DNA from: a virus
Lineage: Duplodnaviria; Caudoviricetes
Virus record (IMG/VR): IMGVR_UViG_3300009051_000214
Location: 1-26,504 of that record
Length of the DNA: 26,504 bases
Strand: one strand, 5' to 3'
The notes under the pieces are model-generated. The model did no database searches. It was not told where the DNA came from and worked only from the letters and a program-made list of their open reading frames with translations. This document shows, in pieces, positions 15,572 to 23,435 of this stretch. A program made the position numbers and the translations under genes. The first letter of the stretch is position 1. Every line of letters starts with the position of its first letter.

Positions 15572-16711
15572 ATGTTTGGCTTCAAGCAGTTTGTTCCATT
15601 AATCACAGAAGAAACAAAATCTCGAGGAATTCAGCATCTGCCGCATCCTTTCGAGTCTGCCTTTCATGCTAAAAAGGGTGCAGTAGCCTCTTCTCTCTCC
15701 AAAATCCAAGGCGTAATTAGCGGTCGGACTCCAATCACTCGTAAGATTGACGACCGCATGTCCTTTCAAGTTTCCAAAACTTCGGAAGGTAAGGTGGGGG
15801 TCAAATACAAGGGTCCAGGTGCGCAGTATAACTACTCTGCGGACGATATTAAAAAGCAATATAGCAAAAAGCCATATGTTGCTGGACCATTAATGAATAT
15901 TCTGAAGCACGTTCATAAAGTGCTTCCAGAAGGCGAGGGAGAATATCAAGGGGGTTACTTGAGTTCTCTTGAAGACCGTAAAGAAGAAGATGGGCAAATC
16001 AGCCACACTCCAAATACAATCAAGTATTCTATTGCCAAAAATACTCCAGAAGGAAAGAAGCTCGCAAAAGCACCTTTGAGTATTGCATTACATTCCAGGA
16101 TCACTGCTGGTGGTAAGACTGTTCCAATTCAAGCAGATGAATTAAAAGATCATCCAGACGTTCATGTAATGAGTCATGTTGTTTCTTCTGAAGAAAGAAA
16201 GATACCACCAGAAGCGAAACGCAAAGCACTTGAGCACATTGCTGCAGCAAAGAAACTTTCCAAAAGCCACACAACAGAGCATTTAAACGCGCACGAAGAA
16301 ACTCTTCAGAGATATGCCAACTCAACTATTGATACTGGTGAAAAGCCATCTGTGAAGGGATATAAAAAGTTTCTTGAAAAATATCATCAGAAGCGTATTG
16401 ACTCTGTAAAAACAGAAAAAGCAAAGAGTCAGAAAAAACAAGAAATGCAAACTGCCATGAATGATGTTGATGAGCACATCGGCAAGTTTGACAAGACGTT
16501 TGATATTCATCATCACATACAGCAAGCCACCTATGCTACTGCAGATGCACTCTCTAAGACTGCACATGGTGGATACAAACACACTATTGATGGGAATGAA
16601 TCAACAGGCGAAGGGTTCGTTGCTGGTGGTGTTAAGTTTGTTCCTCGCAAATTTACTGAGGCAAACCGCAAACGATCAGCAATTCTAAGAGCGCAAAAGA
16701 GTGTAATATGA
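15572..16711 (+). CDS. T4-like conserved protein (DUF6267-like, possible ligase-type nucleotidyltransferase fold) with capsid-targeting-like N-terminus
   Basis: MFGFKQFVPLITE leader; HLPHPFE, TRKIDD (KxD), YQGG, PNTIKY, EGFV, VKFVPR motifs; sits before the cytidyltransferase-like gene as in other T4-like phages. Confidence 0.6.
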   Translation: MFGFKQFVPLITEETKSRGIQHLPHPFESAFHAKKGAVASSLSKIQGVISGRTPITRKIDDRMSFQVSKTSEGKVGVKYKGPGAQYNYSADDIKKQYSKKPYVAGPLMNILKHVHKVLPEGEGEYQGGYLSSLEDRKEEDGQISHTPNTIKYSIAKNTPEGKKLAKAPLSIALHSRITAGGKTVPIQADELKDHPDVHVMSHVVSSEERKIPPEAKRKALEHIAAAKKLSKSHTTEHLNAHEETLQRYANSTIDTGEKPSVKGYKKFLEKYHQKRIDSVKTEKAKSQKKQEMQTAMNDVDEHIGKFDKTFDIHHHIQQATYATADALSKTAHGGYKHTIDGNESTGEGFVAGGVKFVPRKFTEANRKRSAILRAQKSVI

Positions 16712-19188
16712 GTAAAGCAACATTTACATTTGGAAGATTTAATGTTCCTACAGAAAGTGGGCACGGCAAACTGATTTCTGCAGTTCAATCTCACGCAGAA
16801 GAATCAGGCGGCAAGCATTATATTTTCCCATCACACTCACAAGATTCAAAAAAGAATCCATTAAGTCATGGTGAAAAGGTTGGGTTCATGCGTCGATTAT
16901 TTCCAGATGCCAATATCGTTTCTACAGGCAGAGTTCGTACTGCGATTGATGCTGCTAAACATCTTGAGAAACAGGGACACACTCACGTGACAATGGTTGT
17001 TGGATCAGATCGTGTTCGAGAGTTTCATGGACTCCTCAATAAATATCGTAAGAAAGAATTTCCAGGAATTAAAAAGATCGAGGTTAAATCAGCAGGTAAT
17101 CGCGATCCTGACGCAGAAGGTGCAGAAGGTATGTCAGCCTCTAAACTTCGCGGATTAGTATCTGCTGGGAAAAAAGAAGAATTTATTTCACATTACAGCG
17201 ACAAAAAACTTGGCGCAGAAATACATGATAGGACTAAGAAAGCAATGAGCGAAGAAACAAAATCTCCAATTGGCATTTTTCTTCTTGGTGGTCCAGGCAG
17301 CGGAAAAGATTATGTTCTTAAGAATATTTTCTCGCGCTTTGATTTAACAGAAGTTCAATTAGATCAAATTCTTTCTGGGAATGCATCTGAACTATCAGAA
17401 TCAGGATCAAACATTGTGATCAATGGCGCAGCAGATCTTGAGAAAATCGAACTTGTTAAATCAATTCTAGAAGGTTATGAGTTTGATTATGTTTATGTCT
17501 CTGTTTCAAATAAAGTTTCTCGTTCACGCAATGAACAGAGAGAACAACCACTAGAAGAATCACGCCGTCTTGAGAAATGGTATCGTGCAGAAAAACTTTC
17601 TGAGAATTTAGATTGCTTTGTGTTCAACAACTCAATTGATCTTCTTGAATCCAGTGAGATGGAAAAGATTATGTTTGCATCTCAGATTGAGAAACTTCTA
17701 GAAAGAATTGTTGCTCACAAATTAGAAATTAAAGAAACACCAGAGCAACAAACATTTACAATTCTCCGTGAGAAGAAATTTCCACCAGTAAAATACGATA
17801 AAGAATCTGGCATTCCACAAAAGTATCGTGGTGGATTAAGCGCAGCAACAGCGAAAGCGCGCAAGGCTCATTGGAAAAAGATGGGCAAATTATCTGATCG
17901 TGATCCTCGTGCCTATGAACCTGCTCCTGGCGACAAAACTGCAAAAACAAAGCCAAGTAAACATACTCTTGCTGTTCGTAAGATGATGGATGAAGCAGAA
18001 GTTCCAAAGAAACTTCGTCATGTTGCTAAAAGCGGAAACATCACAGCCGTAAAAGAACGTCAGAAAGAAAACAAAATTGAAGAAGCAGCAGCTGATTCTT
18101 CTCTTGCCGCAAAAGCCGCAAAGTCTGGCGTTTCAGTCTCAACTCTTCGCAAAGTTTATAAGCGCGGAGTTGCTGCGTGGAATTCAGGGCATCGTCCAGG
18201 AACGACACCACAACAATGGGGTCATGCTCGCGTGAACTCTTATATTAATAAAGGTAAGACTTATCACACAGCAGATAAAGATCTAAGAGAAGATCTAGAT
18301 TCAGAATTTGAAATGCAGATCTGCTGCCCAGAAATAAACGAAGCCGTTGATCTTACTCCAACAATCAGCACCAAGAAACCAAAGAAAGGGAAGATGACTC
18401 CAGGTGATCTTCGAAGTGCAACTTTGGATGGTCTTCCAACAGTTTCTATGATTAAAGTTGAACAAAAAGAAAAAGGTTTCATGCCAACCCCACGCCAAGT
18501 TCCTGCTCCAAAAGGAGGACATCCAGTTCCTCCTGGATATGAGAGAGTTAAGAGTTGGGGTGGAGCATATGAATTAAGAAAGATTCGCGACAAACCAACA
18601 ACAGTCAAAGAGGCTATTGAATATCACGTCGAAAACAAGATCTCCTTCACGGAAAATGTGTTCCGTCCAGGATCAGAAATGTTTTTTGAGATGATTGCAG
18701 AAGCCAAGCGTCTATATTCTGAAGGGAATTATATTCCACACGATGACTGGGAAAAAGATCTTCTTAAATCAGACATTGGAGAAATCTCCGAGTTTGAAGG
18801 TCAGCAAGTTGTTCTTGACTATCCTATTGAAGAAGGTCTAGAAGAATGCTGGTCTGGTTATGTTCAAAAAGGAATGAAGAAGAAGGGCGATAAGATGGTC
18901 CCTAACTGCGTTCCTGTAAATGAAGAAGATAAAACCGACGGTAAGGGTATTGGCAAGCCATGGCGCGAAGGTGGTGGCGGTGCTGTTTACGTTCGAACTG
19001 GTGATGGTGGTGTAAAGAAAGTTCGTTTCAGTCAGTCTGGAATGACAAAGAAGTTTAATGATCCTGCAGCGACTCGCAGTTTCGTTGCTCGCCATCATTG
19101 CTTGTCAAACAAAGACAAAACATCAGCCTCTTATTGGGCTTGCAGATATCCAAGATTTTTTAGTAACTCTGGAAAACTTTGGTGGTAA
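16708..19188 (+). CDS. multidomain polyprotein: cytidylyl/adenylyltransferase-like domain + P-loop kinase-like domain + several small basic modules
   Basis: FGRFNVPTESGH, SQDSKKNPL, VVGSDRV, SAGNRDPDAEG..GMSASKLR (about 16708-17250); GGPGSGKD at 17287-17310; later modules VYKRGVAAWNSGHRPG..QQWGHARVNS, CWSGY..KMVPNCVP, RSFVARHHC..ASYWAC. Confidence 0.8.
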   Translation: MSKATFTFGRFNVPTESGHGKLISAVQSHAEESGGKHYIFPSHSQDSKKNPLSHGEKVGFMRRLFPDANIVSTGRVRTAIDAAKHLEKQGHTHVTMVVGSDRVREFHGLLNKYRKKEFPGIKKIEVKSAGNRDPDAEGAEGMSASKLRGLVSAGKKEEFISHYSDKKLGAEIHDRTKKAMSEETKSPIGIFLLGGPGSGKDYVLKNIFSRFDLTEVQLDQILSGNASELSESGSNIVINGAADLEKIELVKSILEGYEFDYVYVSVSNKVSRSRNEQREQPLEESRRLEKWYRAEKLSENLDCFVFNNSIDLLESSEMEKIMFASQIEKLLERIVAHKLEIKETPEQQTFTILREKKFPPVKYDKESGIPQKYRGGLSAATAKARKAHWKKMGKLSDRDPRAYEPAPGDKTAKTKPSKHTLAVRKMMDEAEVPKKLRHVAKSGNITAVKERQKENKIEEAAADSSLAAKAAKSGVSVSTLRKVYKRGVAAWNSGHRPGTTPQQWGHARVNSYINKGKTYHTADKDLREDLDSEFEMQICCPEINEAVDLTPTISTKKPKKGKMTPGDLRSATLDGLPTVSMIKVEQKEKGFMPTPRQVPAPKGGHPVPPGYERVKSWGGAYELRKIRDKPTTVKEAIEYHVENKISFTENVFRPGSEMFFEMIAEAKRLYSEGNYIPHDDWEKDLLKSDIGEISEFEGQQVVLDYPIEEGLEECWSGYVQKGMKKKGDKMVPNCVPVNEEDKTDGKGIGKPWREGGGGAVYVRTGDGGVKKVRFSQSGMTKKFNDPAATRSFVARHHCLSNKDKTSASYWACRYPRFFSNSGKLWW

Positions 19189-19464
19189 ATGAAAGGCGAA
19201 AAGCCATACATAGACGAAAAACTAAATACATGGTCGTTCATTCGCACATTTGATCATAATGCGCTAATAGACGAATTAGCGTGGCATAGAGACGAAAACG
19301 GAAGATATATTACAATATTAGAAGGCGAAGGTTGGGAGTTTCAGTTTGATGAAAAACTCCCCAAGAAATTAAATAAAGGTGATCGGTTTTTTATTCCCGC
19401 AAAAACCTTTCATAGAATAAAGCGGGGAAAAACAGATCTTAAAATTAAGATCGAGGAATTCTAA
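19189..19464 (+). CDS. small cupin-fold protein
   Basis: WHRDE, ILEGEGWEFQ, GDRFFIPAKTFHRI match cupin motifs 1 and 2. Confidence 0.75.
   Translation: MKGEKPYIDEKLNTWSFIRTFDHNALIDELAWHRDENGRYITILEGEGWEFQFDEKLPKKLNKGDRFFIPAKTFHRIKRGKTDLKIKIEEF
19221..19228 (+). promoter_or_regulatory. possible late promoter variant ACTAAATA
   Basis: CTAAATA, the same variant as at 15537; lies inside the cupin gene upstream of 19464. Confidence 0.3.
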
Positions 19465-21158
19465 TGGCAAACGTAAAAGTTCCAGCACTATTGCACAAGA
19501 TGTCAAAGACTGCTCAGAAGGCTTGGTATAAAAAGAATAATATGGAAATGCCTGATGATACTGGTGGTAGATCTGCTGCAGCGGCAAAAAAGGTTAAGGT
19601 TGCGCCAAGAAAGGTAGCAGCAATTGAGCCTAATTCTGTGCGTGCAATCAATGCTGCTCGCCAGAAAGAATACATGGCAAAGGGCGGTCGCCAACCAATT
19701 GGGGCTGCTGGTTCTGGTGGAAATAGTTCTATGGCTGGATCAAATATGTCTACTGCAAAAGGAATCGTTGCTGGTATTAAAGCAGGATTTAATCCAAAAG
19801 TCTCTTTAGATCCATATGAGTCAGAAAGAGCAAAGAAGGTTGGTCCACGTTCACTTAAACTCAAAAAAGAATCCGTTGATGAGGCATTGAGTCCAGAACG
19901 CAAGAGAATGTTTGATCTTAAATTAAAATATATTAAAAAGGCTGCAAATAGAAAAGATAGAGCAAAACCATCTAAAGTTGATACACCTAGAACTGCAATA
20001 AATCCAGCTGCAGATATGAAGTTGAATCCAAAACCAATGGATACTCGAACATGGGATTATATTATGAAGAACGAAGAAGCAGAGCAGATTGACGAAGTAA
20101 CTAAAAAAGAAGCTGAGAAAGTTCTTGGTGGTCCAGTAAAAACAAAACCAAAGATGCCACCAGGCAAACAACCAGCTGGTTATCGCTATGTTCGCAATCT
20201 TGCGCGCAAGGCAATGAAAGCAGGAATGAAAGCCGAAGCAACTTCTTTTCCAAAAGGTGGTGGTGTTATTAACTACAATCCAAAGACTGAAAAGTCAGAG
20301 AAAGATGGTACTGCAAAACTTTACGATCCAAAGAAAGATGAAAAGAAACTTTCCCCTAAAGGTGGCTTTGCTGTAAAGAAAGAAGAAGTCGAGCAGGTTG
20401 AGGAAGGTAAAATTGCAAAAGCACTTGCTGTTGGCGCAATGGCTCTTGCTTCAATGGGTGCAAAAGCCCACACTGATACAACGAAATCCGTTGCACAGTT
20501 AGCAAAAGAAAGACCAGCACTCGCACAAAGATTAAAGGACATTGGCGCAGAAGGTCAAGTCCCTGCATCAGACAAGCGTGCTGCTGAACTTCAGAAGAAA
20601 CAAGATCAAGAAATGCCAGCATCAGAACGTAGAGCAAAGGAATTAGAAAAAATGAAAAAAGAAGAAATCGAACAAGTATCTGAAAAAGCCCCTCCAGGTG
20701 CAAAGTTTGAGCGTATGGTCAAACATATCAAGAAAGGATATGCAAAAGGCGGTTTGTCAAAACAAGAAAAATCAATTGCCTATGCAACTGCTTGGAAAGC
20801 CTATAAAAAGAATGAAGAGACAGAAACAACCGAAGAAGTTGAACAAGTCGAAGAAAAATATATGGGCTTCAAAGCAGTAATGGCTTCAGCAAAGAAAGGT
20901 GGTGCTCGTAATCCTGCCGCTGTTGCTGCTGCAATCGGTCGTAAAAAGTATGGTAAAGAAAAGTTCCAAGCCATGGCTGCTGCTGGTAAAAAGGCAATGA
21001 AAGAAGGAATGGATGCAGTCGGTCGCGAAGATAAAGATATCGATAATGACGGTGATTCAGATAAGACAGATGTTTATCTACACAATAAGCGTAAAGCAAT
21101 TGGCAATGCGATTCGTAAGAAATTAACAGCAAAGTTGGAGAAGAAAGATGGCGAATAA
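19464..21158 (+). CDS. Lys/Ala-rich modular polyprotein with repeated acidic EE(V/I/A)EQ(V/I)xE linkers; putative internal head protein precursor
   Basis: Basic modules separated by KKESVDE, NEEAEQIDE, KKEEVEQVEE, KKEEIEQVSE, TEEVEQVEE, AMKE; SD GAGGA. Confidence 0.75.
   Translation: MANVKVPALLHKMSKTAQKAWYKKNNMEMPDDTGGRSAAAAKKVKVAPRKVAAIEPNSVRAINAARQKEYMAKGGRQPIGAAGSGGNSSMAGSNMSTAKGIVAGIKAGFNPKVSLDPYESERAKKVGPRSLKLKKESVDEALSPERKRMFDLKLKYIKKAANRKDRAKPSKVDTPRTAINPAADMKLNPKPMDTRTWDYIMKNEEAEQIDEVTKKEAEKVLGGPVKTKPKMPPGKQPAGYRYVRNLARKAMKAGMKAEATSFPKGGGVINYNPKTEKSEKDGTAKLYDPKKDEKKLSPKGGFAVKKEEVEQVEEGKIAKALAVGAMALASMGAKAHTDTTKSVAQLAKERPALAQRLKDIGAEGQVPASDKRAAELQKKQDQEMPASERRAKELEKMKKEEIEQVSEKAPPGAKFERMVKHIKKGYAKGGLSKQEKSIAYATAWKAYKKNEETETTEEVEQVEEKYMGFKAVMASAKKGGARNPAAVAAAIGRKKYGKEKFQAMAAAGKKAMKEGMDAVGREDKDIDNDGDSDKTDVYLHNKRKAIGNAIRKKLTAKLEKKDGE
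20070..20855 (+). repeat. four dispersed copies of the coded linker EE(A/V/I)EQ(I/V)(D/E/S)E
   Basis: Copies near 20073-20096, 20382-20405, 20661-20684 and 20832-20855; conserved as protein while synonymous codons differ. Confidence 0.85.
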
Positions 21159-21582
21159 TATGACTCCTGAAGATAAGGGTGAGTATGATTATGAAGGAGA
21201 CATGGCGAAGTCACAACTCCGCAGTATTCTTGTAAACGCAAACCGCCTTCATGATATGCTTGGCGAAGATACAAATCTACCTGAATGGGTTCAGAGCAAG
21301 ATCACTCTTGCCACAGATTATATTCAAACTGCAGCATCTTATATGGAATCAGAGATGAATGAAGAAATGAAGCCATACGTGAAAGCAGCGCAAGCAAAAT
21401 TTGATGCACAAACAAAAGCACAACAGATGGGTAAGAAGCAAGCAGGAACTCTTGCTGCTCGTAAAGAGCGTTTGAAAGATAAACAGGCTTCAGCTGCTCA
21501 AAAGGCAATTGACATTGTCAGGGGTCAGAAAAATAAAATCAATAAGACGCCAGAGGTGAATACAGATGTTAAAGTTCAATGA
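21148..21582 (+). CDS. hypothetical two-module protein (putative internal head protein)
   Basis: EYDYEGDMAKSQL...LPEWVQSKITLATDYI module, then an EMNEE linker, then a basic Lys/Ala/Gln module; SD GGAG. Confidence 0.75.
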   Translation: MANNMTPEDKGEYDYEGDMAKSQLRSILVNANRLHDMLGEDTNLPEWVQSKITLATDYIQTAASYMESEMNEEMKPYVKAAQAKFDAQTKAQQMGKKQAGTLAARKERLKDKQASAAQKAIDIVRGQKNKINKTPEVNTDVKVQ

Positions 21583-22030
21583 GTTCATTACTGAAGCCTC
21601 TGACGGAACTCTAGAGGTCGATGCAAAATACATTGAAGGAAACTTTGATGCAATTAATGCAGACCTAGATGCACTCACAGAAAAACCATATCAAAATGCT
21701 CCAATCTTTTTAAACCAGCTTCGTGGAACATTAGAGCGTTATGGAATGCTTCTTCCACAATCTGCAACTCCACAGTTCTTAGATCTTGGAGCAGAGATTG
21801 TTTATTTGCTTGGCGATTCCGCATATCATCTTTATATCGTTTATGATACAAACGAGGACGGATATGTTGATGGTTATGCGCAAGTTGTTTCTTCAGATGA
21901 ACTCAGCGATTTAATGGCAACAGATTCGGAGGATCTTCTAGATAGAGAAGATGATGAAGATGTTAAGCCACGTCCATCTGACTGGTATCGCAAAAGAGAT
22001 GACGACGCAGGGAATACTGACGAATATTAA
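21566..22030 (+). CDS. acidic protein with a T4 capsid-targeting-sequence-like leader
   Basis: MLKFNEFITE|A closely matches T4 IPII/IPIII MKTYQEFIAE; SD GAGGTGA. Confidence 0.75.
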   Translation: MLKFNEFITEASDGTLEVDAKYIEGNFDAINADLDALTEKPYQNAPIFLNQLRGTLERYGMLLPQSATPQFLDLGAEIVYLLGDSAYHLYIVYDTNEDGYVDGYAQVVSSDELSDLMATDSEDLLDREDDEDVKPRPSDWYRKRDDDAGNTDEY

Positions 22031-22033
22031 TCT

Positions 22034-22423
22034 ATGCTTTTTGATGAATTGAATGACAGCAATATTTTGTTATATGCAGCCAAGTGTTATGATAAACCTA
22101 ACTGCATTGACAGCGAATTTGACGAAGATTATAAGCGAATTCGCTATATTAAACGATTGTTAAATCGTTATAGATTAACAGGTGAAATAAAAGAACGATT
22201 GTTCTTAAATCATTTGGTTGTGATACAAAATGTTTTTGGGATTGAAGCAAGTACGAGAATGCTTTTTGCAAGAGTTGACTCAAAAGACTATAGCGCATTG
22301 AAGACGTTTTTAATTTATACTTCTGCAATGCCAAATATAGTCAAGGGAATCCGCGGAGAAGATATTATCTCAAGTGATATCTCGCTGGATCCCAAACTTA
22401 TAGATATCTTAAGAAAGATTTGA
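22034..22423 (+). CDS. conserved T4-like phage hypothetical protein
   Basis: FDELN..N..LYA.K.YD.P.C...EF.ED.KRI.YIKRLL...ERL.LNH pattern typical of T4-like/cyanophage genomes. Confidence 0.8.
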   Translation: MLFDELNDSNILLYAAKCYDKPNCIDSEFDEDYKRIRYIKRLLNRYRLTGEIKERLFLNHLVVIQNVFGIEASTRMLFARVDSKDYSALKTFLIYTSAMPNIVKGIRGEDIISSDISLDPKLIDILRKI

Positions 22424-22468
22424 TTATAGGGAACATACTTATTCTGTCCGAAAGTCAAGCAAAAGTCA

Positions 22469-22825
22469 ATGAAAAAAATTACAAAAATTAAAGAAGAAAT
22501 TGTAAACACTGTTGGTAGTGGACAGGTTGCTGGACTTGAACCAGATATTCCACCAGTTCCTAAAGGTGTTACTACAAAAGGTAGTATGCTGCGCAGAAAA
22601 GCACCTAAAACATTTGCAGGTAAAGCAGTGTTCACAGTTCCTTCTGATCGTTTCTATAAAGCAAAATACGGCAAGAAAAAGTTTGAACATTATTCAAGTT
22701 ATGTTGGGCATGATGAGTTAGGTTCTGAGATTCGTGCTTATATTAAAGAGAATCCAAATGAACCTGTTATTCTAGAAGATGAAAAGACGGGTGCAATGTT
22801 TTATTTAAAATACGGAAAGAGGTAG
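22469..22825 (+). CDS. hypothetical protein with a short IKE|E-ending leader
   Basis: MKKITKIKEE then NTVGSGQVAG; C-terminal VILEDEKTGAMFYLKY. Confidence 0.7.
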   Translation: MKKITKIKEEIVNTVGSGQVAGLEPDIPPVPKGVTTKGSMLRRKAPKTFAGKAVFTVPSDRFYKAKYGKKKFEHYSSYVGHDELGSEIRAYIKENPNEPVILEDEKTGAMFYLKYGKR

Positions 22826-22828
22826 AAA

Positions 22829-23083
22829 ATGAAAGCAGCATTATTTTTGACTGCTTTGTTATTGGTTGGATGCTCAGATACATATAGATATCCATGTCAG
22901 GATCCAGCAAACGCGAATAAAGAAGAATGCAATCGTCCTGCTTGCGAGGCAGATGGCATGTGTTATGATACGTTAAATGGTTTACCACCAAAACAGGTTA
23001 GTCCAGTTGTTGAAGAGGTAACTGCAGCACCAGCTGAAGTTGTTGTTGAAGAACATGTAGTTGTTGAAAAAACAGGAGAATGA
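22829..23083 (+). CDS. Cys-rich lipoprotein
   Basis: Signal MKAALFLTALLLVG-C (lipobox LVGC, Ser at +2), four further Cys (YRYPCQDP, EECNRPAC, GMC), acidic tail; SD GAGGT. Confidence 0.85.
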   Translation: MKAALFLTALLLVGCSDTYRYPCQDPANANKEECNRPACEADGMCYDTLNGLPPKQVSPVVEEVTAAPAEVVVEEHVVVEKTGE

Positions 23084-23427
23084 TTATGTTAAAGGGTCCA
23101 CGTTATACTGAAACAGAATTGATGGCTCGATTGAAATTTATCGTCGGTCTTTCATTGGCATTTACGCTCACAGGCATTGTGTTTGTAGTTCTATACTCGC
23201 TCATCTTCGTGACGCAGCCAATGTCACAGTCACCAAACGACGCAAAGTTTTTTGAGTTGATTACACCTATCGCAACATTCTTAACAGGTATTCTTTCTGG
23301 TATTATGCTTGGAAAGGATGACAAGAAACAAGAAGAACCAAAGGCACCAGAACCACCAAAGCAAGAAGAAATTCTTCCAGAACCTATGAAGGAAGTGGTT
23401 GATGAGGTTGATGATCACATTGCTTGA
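23080..23427 (+). CDS. two-TM membrane protein, holin candidate
   Basis: Two hydrophobic segments and a charged Pro/Glu-rich tail; directly upstream of the endolysin; SD AGGAG. Confidence 0.6.
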   Translation: MIMLKGPRYTETELMARLKFIVGLSLAFTLTGIVFVVLYSLIFVTQPMSQSPNDAKFFELITPIATFLTGILSGIMLGKDDKKQEEPKAPEPPKQEEILPEPMKEVVDEVDDHIA

Positions 23428-23435
23428 GGTGAGCC

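Noticed and set aside
19189-19464. Cupin as the missing RmlC epimerase
   Set aside because: At 91 aa it is about half the size of RmlC, lacks the DxRG and RGLH motifs, and lies in the late block
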